Assembly: GCA_009859145.1 (NCBI GenBank)
Contig: VRVR01000035.1
Coordinates: 203,084-237,706, forward strand
Source of the DNA: Andalucia godoyi And28
Lineage: Eukaryota; Protista; Jakobida
Direction: 5' to 3'
Length of the DNA stretch: 34,623 nt
Each line of letters opens with the position of its first letter. The first letter of the stretch is position 1. A program made the position numbers and the translations under genes. This document shows positions 1-7,960 of this stretch, piece after piece. Under the pieces are notes generated by a model. That model ran no database searches. It worked only from the letters and a program-made list of their open reading frames with translations, and was not told the DNA's origin.

Positions 1-342
1 AGGGAGGGAGGGTGGCCGCGGTGGAAGAATCATCGATTACAAGGAATCGGTTGTCAGTATTCGACAGTGTCTCTCATTGGGCCTTGACCTGTACACCTCC
101 AGCCATACTATCCGATGATCTTCACAGCCGTCCATCAGACGCTTGGGTTGGAGGGTAGTACGTATCCCAACTGTACGTTGCGGAAGCTGAAGCCTCAAAA
201 GCTTGGTGTTTTTTTTTTGTCCTTGTTTTCCCGTCTTCTTCTGCCGTGACATTTTCTGCAAACCGCCCCATTTTCCCACCAGTCTTCAGGTTGAAATAGA
301 GGTGCGAAGAAAAACACCGAGTACATTGAGAATTTTGGAGAG

Positions 343-1812
343 ATGAGTTCATCTTCCGCTCGGAGCAGAAGCATGTCGGTTGCGCCGTCGAAACACGCAT
401 CAAACATTCTTGCTGCGGGTTCTGCTGCTTCAGCATCCTCAGATAGCAATAGCGGGAGGGTGGCTGCGTCAGAAAATGACAAGAAAGCCGCGATGCATGA
501 TGAATTGATGAATCGACAATCACAAGCATTCGCAGAAATTCATTCCTTACGAAACCAGGTATTCCGATTAGAATCTCTTGTGACGTCTCTCATGAAGGAA
601 GTCTCGGATTTGCGATCCGAAGTCGCAAACAGTATGCGTTCTTTTTTCTTCTTCCTTTATTTTACTGTGTGTACATTTCACTTCGTTTGCAATCCGATTT
701 TCTTACGGTATTCTCTGCTTTCTTATTTTGTGCAAGTGAAACAACCCGCAGAAGCAAAGGACACTGAAGTATTACAAGTCGAGAACGAAGAGGCGGCGGC
801 GGTGACAGTGGACGCTACCGAGGAGGTTGTGGCGAATGAGAAAGGCTATTCTGTCTCCACGCTGTCGTCTCCAAAGTCGACATCATCGCAGTCAAATGGG
901 CCGTCCGCTTCATTCTCAGCACAACCCAAACCGCCAGTGCCAGCACCGCTGCTTCCATCGTCATCGTCGTTGTCCGCGGACATGGACGACATGGAGAGCG
1001 TTGCAGCCATCTTCGACGAGTATCGAACCGCATTATCGTCGATATTCATGTTTTATGCATACTGCTCGAACCAAAACAAGGCCGAATGCGCACTGGATCG
1101 CCGAGGCGCCTTTCGGTTCGCAAAGGACTGCGGGATCGTGTCCCTTATCTCCAGTGATCTGACTATAGATTTGCTGTTTACTCGGGTTTTGAAATCGCGG
1201 CTTGCTTCTGCGTCCGTGGCTTTGGCCGAGGAGATATCGCAGCAGGAATTTCAAATGCTGTTACTGGGAATTGCGCAAAGTGCATTTCGTGATTTCGGCG
1301 ATGATCTGCTGTCCACAAAGCTTCATTCGTTGCTCCGGTCTTATGTGGTTCCAAATGCGCTGCGAGAAGACGCGAGTCCAGTGATCATCTCACCGTCGTC
1401 CGACAAAGCTCTTTCCATCATTCTGCGCAACAACCAAAAGATACTGCTGAAAGTCTTCCAGAAGTACGCAGCCGAATATGTGACGAATGGACATGATCCT
1501 CGAAAAGAAAAGGGAACGACTCCGCTCTCGTTTCCTGGATTGGTGGAGTTCATCAAACGCCATGATTTCCAGTCGCTGATTACGAAACCAATGCTTCGAT
1601 CCATCTTTTTCACGGCGACCAACACGGATCAGGTCGCGTTTGCAAACCCCAAATTTATTCCAGAATGCTCGTTCGATGAATTCTTGGCCATCATCACTAC
1701 CTCTGCCTGCGTCATGTACTCCAACCCTGCGTTTGCCGCTACATACAACACAAATGCAAAACGTCTGCAAAAGGTTGTCCAGCGTATTGTCGACGAATCC
1801 AATTTGCAATAG
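343..1812 (+). CDS. Coiled-coil plus EF-hand-like/p25-alpha(TPPP)-like repeat protein, probably with one in-frame intron (632..736, alternative acceptor 751)
   Basis: 489-codon ORF from ATG 343. N-terminal heptad segment (FAEIHSLRNQVFRLESLVTSLMKEVSDLRSEV). Two C-terminal helical repeats (SIFMFY...FRFAKDCGIV...IDLLFTRV; KVFQKY...LVEFIKRH...LRSIF...SFDEFL) resemble p25-alpha/EF-hand-like domains. The F/Y-rich stretch is T-rich DNA starting GTATGC at 632 and ending AAG 736 (105 nt) or CAG 751 (120 nt); both preserve the frame. Confidence 0.7.
   Translation: MSSSSARSRSMSVAPSKHASNILAAGSAASASSDSNSGRVAASENDKKAAMHDELMNRQSQAFAEIHSLRNQVFRLESLVTSLMKEVSDLRSEVANSMRSFFFFLYFTVCTFHFVCNPIFLRYSLLSYFVQVKQPAEAKDTEVLQVENEEAAAVTVDATEEVVANEKGYSVSTLSSPKSTSSQSNGPSASFSAQPKPPVPAPLLPSSSSLSADMDDMESVAAIFDEYRTALSSIFMFYAYCSNQNKAECALDRRGAFRFAKDCGIVSLISSDLTIDLLFTRVLKSRLASASVALAEEISQQEFQMLLLGIAQSAFRDFGDDLLSTKLHSLLRSYVVPNALREDASPVIISPSSDKALSIILRNNQKILLKVFQKYAAEYVTNGHDPRKEKGTTPLSFPGLVEFIKRHDFQSLITKPMLRSIFFTATNTDQVAFANPKFIPECSFDEFLAIITTSACVMYSNPAFAATYNTNAKRLQKVVQRIVDESNLQ
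632..736 (+). other. Probable spliceosomal intron (phase 1, 3n, stop-free)
   Basis: GTATGC donor, strongly T-rich body, AG acceptor. Only a degenerate branch motif (CTTAC about 702) and an AAG acceptor; CAG at 749-751 is an equally in-frame alternative. Confidence 0.6.
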
Positions 1813-1913
1813 TAGTGGCCGAGCGGAGTATTCACAGTGTGCTGCACAGAAAGATTAAAAGATGAGGGGGAAACGGGGCCCGCAGACACAAAACCCCGTT
1901 TTTCATAAGTTCG

Positions 1914-2450
1914 CTACACATCATGATGCGATCGAAAGCGTTTCGCAAAGGGCTCGTCTTCCGCGTCTGTTTCCACGTGTCGCCGTCTCTGAAAAGCGGC
2001 CTTCATGAACCAGGCATCTGGCGGAACAAGACTTCCGTGTTCGTCTATTTGCAGAGACTGACAAAAAAGAGTCATTCCAAGAGGATCTCGTAGCAGATGT
2101 GGCGGCGGCGAACAACCAGCGAGAGAAAATGACGACACCGCTGATGAAGATGACGATGGTGATCCACTGGACTCGGACATCAATTGCGACACATTTTCTT
2201 GGATGGAAGGATCCACTGGAAACCCGGCCAAGCTGCCTTGTGAGTACGCCTTCCAAGTGATTCTGGAACTCGTAGTCACCGAAGACGCATTGCCGTTGTG
2301 ATGGCTGTGAGTAGGTGTGTCTGCAGAAAGAGAGGATGGAAACGACGACATTTCCTGCTGTGCTCGCCGATCTCCTGGCGGATCGCTGTGCTCTGCGTCT
2401 TCGTTGTATGTGTAATCAACAAGAGAAAATGAAACTATATTGGTGGACAT
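1914..2450 (-). CDS. Hypothetical Ser-rich protein with a basic C-terminal NLS-like motif (start could also be the internal MSSF)
   Basis: Stop-free ORF filling the space between two genes. ATG at 2450 (MSTNIV), TAG at 1914-1916. Low-complexity Ser/Pro middle, C-terminal RRRH...AKRFR. No family recognised. Confidence 0.5.
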   Translation of the reverse strand: MSTNIVSFSLVDYTYNEDAEHSDPPGDRRAQQEMSSFPSSLSADTPTHSHHNGNASSVTTSSRITWKAYSQGSLAGFPVDPSIQENVSQLMSESSGSPSSSSSAVSSFSLAGCSPPPHLLRDPLGMTLFCQSLQIDEHGSLVPPDAWFMKAAFQRRRHVETDAEDEPFAKRFRSHHDV

Positions 2451-2503
2451 TCTGTTTCGTCGGGTCAATAGCCGCTGTCGTGCTCAACCATTCACTCGCT
2501 CGC

Positions 2504-2579
2504 CCCACTTGCCTTTACTCGTCCCACTTGCCTTTACTCGTCCCACTTGCCTTTACTCGTCCCACTTGCCTTTACTCGT
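2504..2579. repeat. Minisatellite: 4 exact tandem copies of the 19-mer CCCACTTGCCTTTACTCGT
   Basis: Read directly: copies start at 2504, 2523, 2542 and 2561, followed by a degenerate tail (TGACTTTACTT). No spacers. Confidence 0.95.
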
Positions 2580-2953
2580 TGACTTTACTTTTGCTCACCC
2601 ACACGCACGCACGATGCTTTCGATGCTTTGAAACGATCGAAGTTCCACGACCTGTCAGCAGCCATCAATGCAGACCATTTAGGAGGGAATTCACAACTGT
2701 CATGCCATGTCATCGGGGTTCACAGACTGACAACTGACGTCTTCATCCAGATAGCGGAGCAACCATTTGGTTTCCCTTTCGAACCTCGTTGTCTGCACGC
2801 ATCGTCGTTTTTCTATTAAATAAGAAAGTTATAGAATCGGAATACGTTTTCTTCCTGTTTTTTATAGATATATACTATCTTTCTACTTTTTTATTTAAAA
2901 AAAGTAATTAAAATTGAAAACCCCCGCTTTTAAGATTTCTTGCTTGCTTGGAT

Positions 2954-3442
2954 ATGCGTGTTCTTCTCGCTGTGACCCTGCTTGCCGTTCTTGCAACGTC
3001 GGCATTTGCCCAGAACAGCTGTGGCTCTGGAAACCCGTGCGGTGGCGGCTCGAACCCGTACGACATTCCGACTGCATGCTCGATGTACAATGGCTGGTCT
3101 CAGGACTGCTGCGAATGCATTGCCCAGAATGAGTCCGGCGGAAATCTTTCGGCTTGCAACTTGTATGTTTCCCAGTTCTTTTTTTCTACTTTTTTCTTCT
3201 GTTTCTCTGTTCGTCATCAGTTGATTTTGTGCTCGACACGTGTGCGCGATCTGGATCTAACTTTGTTGCTGCGCAGGAACAACAACAATACATATGATGT
3301 CGGCTTCTGGCAGATCAACTCGTCGAATTGGAATGCCTGCTCGGGAGGAAATGCGCCTTGCGATATCAACTCCAACCTCCAGTGTGCCATTGATATCTGG
3401 AACTGGGGTAGCCAAACGTATGTTTTTATCATCATCACTTTT

Positions 3443-3507
<65 letters not shown>

Positions 3508-3662
3508 GCAGTTGACTCGTGGAGTTTTTTCTGTTTTGAAGTTTTGGGAGGCGGTGATACTAATGCAGCGCATCTTTTTTTGTTCTGTTTTTTATTGGGA
3601 AAATGAACAGTTGGCAGTACTGGTCCACGTGTTCTGGCTGCGGATGCTGCAACTCTTCGTAA
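2954..3662 (+). CDS. Secreted Cys-rich lysozyme-like protein (GH22/SLT-like fold), join(2954..3162,3277..3417,3611..3662), 133 aa
   Basis: Signal peptide MRVLLAVTLLAVLATSAFA. After splicing: CECIAQNESGGNLSACNL-NNNNTYDVGFWQINSSNW...CAIDIWNWGSQT-WQYWSTCSGCGCCNSS*. This has the c-type lysozyme pattern CxAxxES..N...N....DxGxxQIN with candidate catalytic Glu (3131) and Asp, plus the terminal GxxxWxxW motif. The exons total 402 nt and close the frame at TAA 3660-3662. Confidence 0.85.
3163..3276 (+). other. Spliceosomal intron 1 of the lysozyme-like gene (114 nt)
   Basis: GTATGT donor, CTAAC branch point at 3257-3261, CAG acceptor at 3274-3276. Removal restores the lysozyme motif spacing. Confidence 0.9.
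3418..3610 (+). other. Spliceosomal intron 2 of the lysozyme-like gene (193 nt, contains a (TC)30 microsatellite)
   Basis: GTATGT donor, TACTAAT branch-like motif at 3558-3564, CAG acceptor at 3608-3610. Splicing gives TWQYWSTC and a Cys-rich tail. Confidence 0.8.
3445..3504. repeat. (TC)n microsatellite, about 30 units, intronic
   Basis: Direct reading. Confidence 0.97.
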
Positions 3663-3772
3663 AGAAGCCCGTAAAAAGATTGAGTTTTTTTCGTTCCGTT
3701 TTGTTTCAATTTCTATGTTTTTTAAAAAACGCTCATTACGTTCTGCTGCATCACGTTTCTTGGGGAGGAAGA

Positions 3773-4267
3773 TCAAGCATACAGGCGCACGGTTCCAAGG
3801 ATCTTCTCCACGATATCACGATCTTTGTGGCTGAGATGCTCGAGAAGAGGAGCAAAGTCGCCGCGAAGCAGCTTCATGATGATCTTTTCAGAGAAGATCT
3901 GTGCTGATGGACGCACCCCGAATGCCCGAAGAACCGAGAATGGCGGACACCATCCTTGGATGGCATGTTGCATAAGGAATGCAGAAGCGCTCACAGGCAG
4001 AATGAGCTTTTTCAGCAGACTACCACGCGATGTAAAGAGCAGCGATGCAAGTGCTACCGTGATGAGCGCAGATGCGCTCAGTTCCAACAGTCGCTCCATG
4101 CCCCATTCCTTATTAAGGACCTCGATTCGCTGCGTGATCTCTTCGAACGAGTGGTCGATGTACGCGCGGATCGACTCGGCGAGATTCTCATCGAGCTTCT
4201 GGTTCAGCTTCGTACTTGCATAAATGCGAGTTCTGTCCACTACTGGAGCAGCCGGTGCGGGTGCCAT
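3773..4267 (-). CDS. Bacterial-type small membrane protein, DUF2892/YgaP-like
   Basis: From ATG 4267 (MAPAPAAP): RIEVLNKEWGMERLLELSAS...[TM]...FLMQHAIQGWCPPFSVLRAFGVR...KLLRGDF. This matches my recollection of a bacterial family with consensus L.ELD.EWD.ER.LE..AS...FLLQHALQGWCPP..LR.LG.R....ALRGDF. Intronless. Confidence 0.75.
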   Translation of the reverse strand: MAPAPAAPVVDRTRIYASTKLNQKLDENLAESIRAYIDHSFEEITQRIEVLNKEWGMERLLELSASALITVALASLLFTSRGSLLKKLILPVSASAFLMQHAIQGWCPPFSVLRAFGVRPSAQIFSEKIIMKLLRGDFAPLLEHLSHKDRDIVEKILGTVRLYA

Positions 4268-4829
4268 CCTTCTAATTTCTCTCTTTCTCAATTGCTTCTT
4301 CTAGTTTCAGTGGTGTGCTTGCAAAACGCAGTGTATGAAGGCCCTGGAGAAAAAGCAGAAAACCAAGTCGGAGGACGAGCGAGGAAAGGAGGTTACAAAA
4401 AGCTTTTCAACTGGGGAAATGTTACTGCCTTTATTTTTATTTCGTGGTTGAAGTGCTACTAGGGGAGGGGAGGAAGAACACAGAAATGTCTTTGGAAGGG
4501 GAATACGCAGTGCTACACTCTTGTACCATGCTTGAGATGGCTTGGCGGGACGTCACAAGGCACGAGCTGTGCACGCACAGGAAATCCCAAAAATGGATAT
4601 GCTTTCCATATCCAGAAGCCGATTTGATCAAGTCGAACTGCTCTTTCACGCTTTTCTTTTTTGGCAGATGATTCGTAAGGGGAAATAAAATATTATTTTT
4701 AACATCAATTTTTTCTTCTGGTGGAAAAAAAGAAAAAGGACAAGTCAACGACGACTTTTGGAATTCTGCTGTGGTCTTGATTGAAAAACCGACTTTGATT
4801 TCTCGGACAACCACGATAGGTGATTAATA

Positions 4830-7154
4830 ATGATGAACGAAGCGGTTGTCATTCCTGAGATTTCAGACACACAGGAAGATCTCATCAGGTACGTCCATCG
4901 CGATTCCCTCTCCTCATGCCGCCGGGACATCGTGCAGCGCATCATTGGTGCCGCAGGGCCCTTCAAGGAAGGGGATCTGACAATTGGCGCAAGTGCTGCT
5001 GCTGACGACGACCAAACCCGCCGAAACGCTCAGATTCTCCTGTCCAGAACTCGAATTGACGATATGTTAGCGCTGCTGCGGGAATGCGTTCACCAAGATA
5101 ACGTCACGTTGGCAATTGAAAGCAGTCTTGAGAGAACCGCTGCGGACTCTGTAGCACGTTGGACAGTCGGAGAACTCGTGGCTTACCTTTTGGATGAGTC
5201 GACCGAAGGGTGCGCTATTGCAAGCCTGGCAAAGGGACTGCACAGCGATGTTATCGCTGCGTGTGTGAAGCTCATGTCCGATGATGATTTGCGAGCAGTA
5301 GGTGCAAAAGTATACAATCCGCTGCCCAGAAGCAAGATTGGAAGCAAGGGGTATTTTGCGGCGCGCGTGCAGCCAAACTCCGCGACGGATAATCCAGTGG
5401 ACATCATGTGGCAGGTGTTCAATGCATGGGCATTTGCGGTGGGCGATTTGATGTTGGGGACGAATCCGGTGTCGAGCAATCCAGCGCAGATTTGGAGTGT
5501 CGAGACCATGCTGCGGGACATTATCGATGCCTTTGATCTTCGCGATGTGCTCCCATGGACGGTGCTTGCGCATATTGATGATCAGAATACAGTGGAGAGT
5601 ATGGACAAGGGATCGACAAGACTGTTCTTCCAGAGCCTCGCCGGCACGGACGGTGCAAACTCCGTGTTTGGACTGTCCATGGAGAAAATGGCGTCATTTG
5701 CTCGGAAACGAAAGTCGGAAGAATATGCATTCTACTTTGAGACGGGCCAAGGGTCCGAATTCACGAATGGCCAAGCGTACGGCTGCGATATGGCCACGCT
5801 CGAATCCAGAAAGTTTGGGTTCATTCGCGCACTTCGAGGCTCGATGGCTGCGCAAAACCAAGGAATGGAGCCGTGGGTTGTTGTGAATGATGTTGCTGGG
5901 TTTATAGGACCTGAAGTGTTTTGCACGCCAGATCAGCTTGCCAGAGTGTTGCTTGAGGATATTGTCATGGGCAAGTTGCATGGACTGTGCATGGGCGTGG
6001 ATGTGTGCGCGACAATGCATATGAGCGTCTCACTGGCCGACATTCGCTGGGCAATCCGACAGATCGTTCCTGCGGGACCGTCTCATATGATGGCGCTTCC
6101 GACAAACATCGATCCGATGCTGAGCTACATGACAACCTCGTTCATTGACCATGTCATGGTCCGACACGAGTTTGGCACGCGGGTCAATGATCCTATGTGG
6201 AAGTTCTTTTGCGATGACCTGCAAGTGATCGACCAGCAAGGAAATCCGGTGCCCGGCAAATTTGGAAATCCAGCGTGGGTGTATGCGCTGTATCAGAAGA
6301 AGAAGCTCCGCTCGGATCGCAGTCTCGAAGACCTCGAAGCACAAGGTCGGAGGCAAATGATCGAGACCATGAACCGTGGAGTATACATGGCGGACGGCTA
6401 CGACGATTCTCCATTTGAAGGGCCTCGGCTGCACACTGATCTGCAGAAGCAGATCGAGTCGCAAGTTCAACGTTCGAAGCGTGTGCTGTACGCAGAATTC
6501 AGCGACGATTTCATCCAGTCCATACCGAACGCACGCGTGTTTTGCACGTCTTCGAAAGACCGAGCGGACTACGTTCTCCATGCAAAAACAGGCGAAGCGT
6601 TCGACGCGACTGAAACGCAGCGTCTCGAGGCTTTAAGCCAGGATCGGGTTGATGCACAGTTGCTTGGATTTGATGTGCAGATTGTCGTCTCGGACGGCCT
6701 GAATGCTTGTGCGCTAATGGACGACGAGAGGAAACATCTTTTCCCATTTCTTTCCAGGCTTCAGAAGCTGTTTGCTCACCACGACCTGCGAGTTGCTTCG
6801 GAAACCATTGTTGTTCGCAACGGACGTGTTCGAGCGGGGTATGAAATCGGCAGAATCCTCCTCGGAGAAAGAGCGGATGCTGGCGCTCAAGGTGGTGTTG
6901 AACGGAGTGGGTTCAGAAAAACTCTTGTGCATGCCATTGGAGAGCGCCCCGGAACGGAACATGACAGCTTCTCTGTGTACTTGACGACAGCATCTCCATC
7001 GTCGTGGGCGAGGACCGACAGCGAAGGGAAGGTGGATCATCACTGCACCCGGGTCGTGTCTGGCATTTCAGACACGTCTTTTGATCCTGTGTCTGCCGCA
7101 GAGGAAGTCTGCAGTATCATTTTGTCAAGTTTGACCACCAAGCACGTTGTATAA
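4830..7154 (+). CDS. eutBC: Ethanolamine ammonia-lyase, fused large (EutB) and small (EutC) subunits, adenosylcobalamin-dependent
   Basis: 774-aa intronless ORF. EutB motifs in order: PFKEGD, RVQPN (5364-5378), GDLMLGTNPV, LAHI, FQSLAGT, YFETGQGSE (about 5733), TLESRKFG, NDVAGFIGPEV, LEDIVMGKLHGL.MGVDVC, DPMLSYMTT. After a linker, EutC motifs: SKDRADYV, DVQIVVSDGL, VRNGRVRAGYEIG, IGERPG, SFSVYLT, VVSGIS. Confidence 0.93.
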   Translation: MMNEAVVIPEISDTQEDLIRYVHRDSLSSCRRDIVQRIIGAAGPFKEGDLTIGASAAADDDQTRRNAQILLSRTRIDDMLALLRECVHQDNVTLAIESSLERTAADSVARWTVGELVAYLLDESTEGCAIASLAKGLHSDVIAACVKLMSDDDLRAVGAKVYNPLPRSKIGSKGYFAARVQPNSATDNPVDIMWQVFNAWAFAVGDLMLGTNPVSSNPAQIWSVETMLRDIIDAFDLRDVLPWTVLAHIDDQNTVESMDKGSTRLFFQSLAGTDGANSVFGLSMEKMASFARKRKSEEYAFYFETGQGSEFTNGQAYGCDMATLESRKFGFIRALRGSMAAQNQGMEPWVVVNDVAGFIGPEVFCTPDQLARVLLEDIVMGKLHGLCMGVDVCATMHMSVSLADIRWAIRQIVPAGPSHMMALPTNIDPMLSYMTTSFIDHVMVRHEFGTRVNDPMWKFFCDDLQVIDQQGNPVPGKFGNPAWVYALYQKKKLRSDRSLEDLEAQGRRQMIETMNRGVYMADGYDDSPFEGPRLHTDLQKQIESQVQRSKRVLYAEFSDDFIQSIPNARVFCTSSKDRADYVLHAKTGEAFDATETQRLEALSQDRVDAQLLGFDVQIVVSDGLNACALMDDERKHLFPFLSRLQKLFAHHDLRVASETIVVRNGRVRAGYEIGRILLGERADAGAQGGVERSGFRKTLVHAIGERPGTEHDSFSVYLTTASPSSWARTDSEGKVDHHCTRVVSGISDTSFDPVSAAEEVCSIILSSLTTKHVV

Positions 7155-7286
7155 TCAACTGATTACCGTACCTGCTCGCTACGTTCTTGTGAATTAGAAT
7201 ATTGTACATACGTATATAATGCTGCAGCCTTTATACATTTACGTGGTCCATCTACCTTCATATCGGGGCACTGTCACTGCTGCTTC

Positions 7287-7402
<116 letters not shown>

Positions 7403-7960
7403 CCTTTTGTAGCGTTGCCTCTTATTGCGATATGATGAAGCAATCTAAAGCGCACGCAAACAAAAACACTGCCATGCGCCATGCGCCATGCGTTTGCCAT
7501 CTTAACAACTCCTTCACACGATGCCCGATTCGTTTCGCACCATTTTGGTCATGAAATCCCTATACACACGCCGACGCGTTGCATTCTCGCACAGCGACGC
7601 TCATTTCATTTCATTATTTTTATTGTCCACGCAACGCATCTATCTATCTTAGGAACGTCTCTCATGCCGAGGGGCGTGTTGGGGGCCTACCCCCTTCCCA
7701 ATCATGCCTTGCATGTTGTTGGATTGCAGCATTGATTATGGGTGATCAGCGATGTTTATCCGTGGCTAGTGTACAATGTAGGCATCATCGTGCAACACCA
7801 CTGTACACCAAACAGGTGCCCGAGTGCATAAACGAAAGCCCTCATGCAGGTTCCCGCACATTTCTCGCTGTGCACGCCACATTCTTTTATCATTACTGCT
7901 TTTTCTTGTAATTTTAGGCCGACGCTCGAAATAAAGACTCGGACGATCTGCAGCAACGGC

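Noticed and set aside
37-342. Possible minus-strand gene at the left edge (MGRFAENVTAEEDGK...)
   Set aside because: Only short ORFs in different frames, no recognisable motif, and no confident splice model; the window edge prevents evaluation.
2504-2579. 19-bp repeats as a CRISPR array
   Set aside because: The copies are directly adjacent with no spacers, there are no cas genes, and the context is eukaryotic.
2948-3907. 319-aa ORF from the ORF track as a single-exon protein
   Set aside because: It reads through two introns with clear GTATGT/branch/CAG signals and translates a (TC)n tract as SLSLSL. The spliced 133-aa model restores the lysozyme motifs.
7432-7491. C/D snoRNA candidate (ATGATGA C-box-like) and (GCCATGC)3
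   Set aside because: No downstream CTGA D box or terminal stem found nearby; the short repeat is unremarkable.
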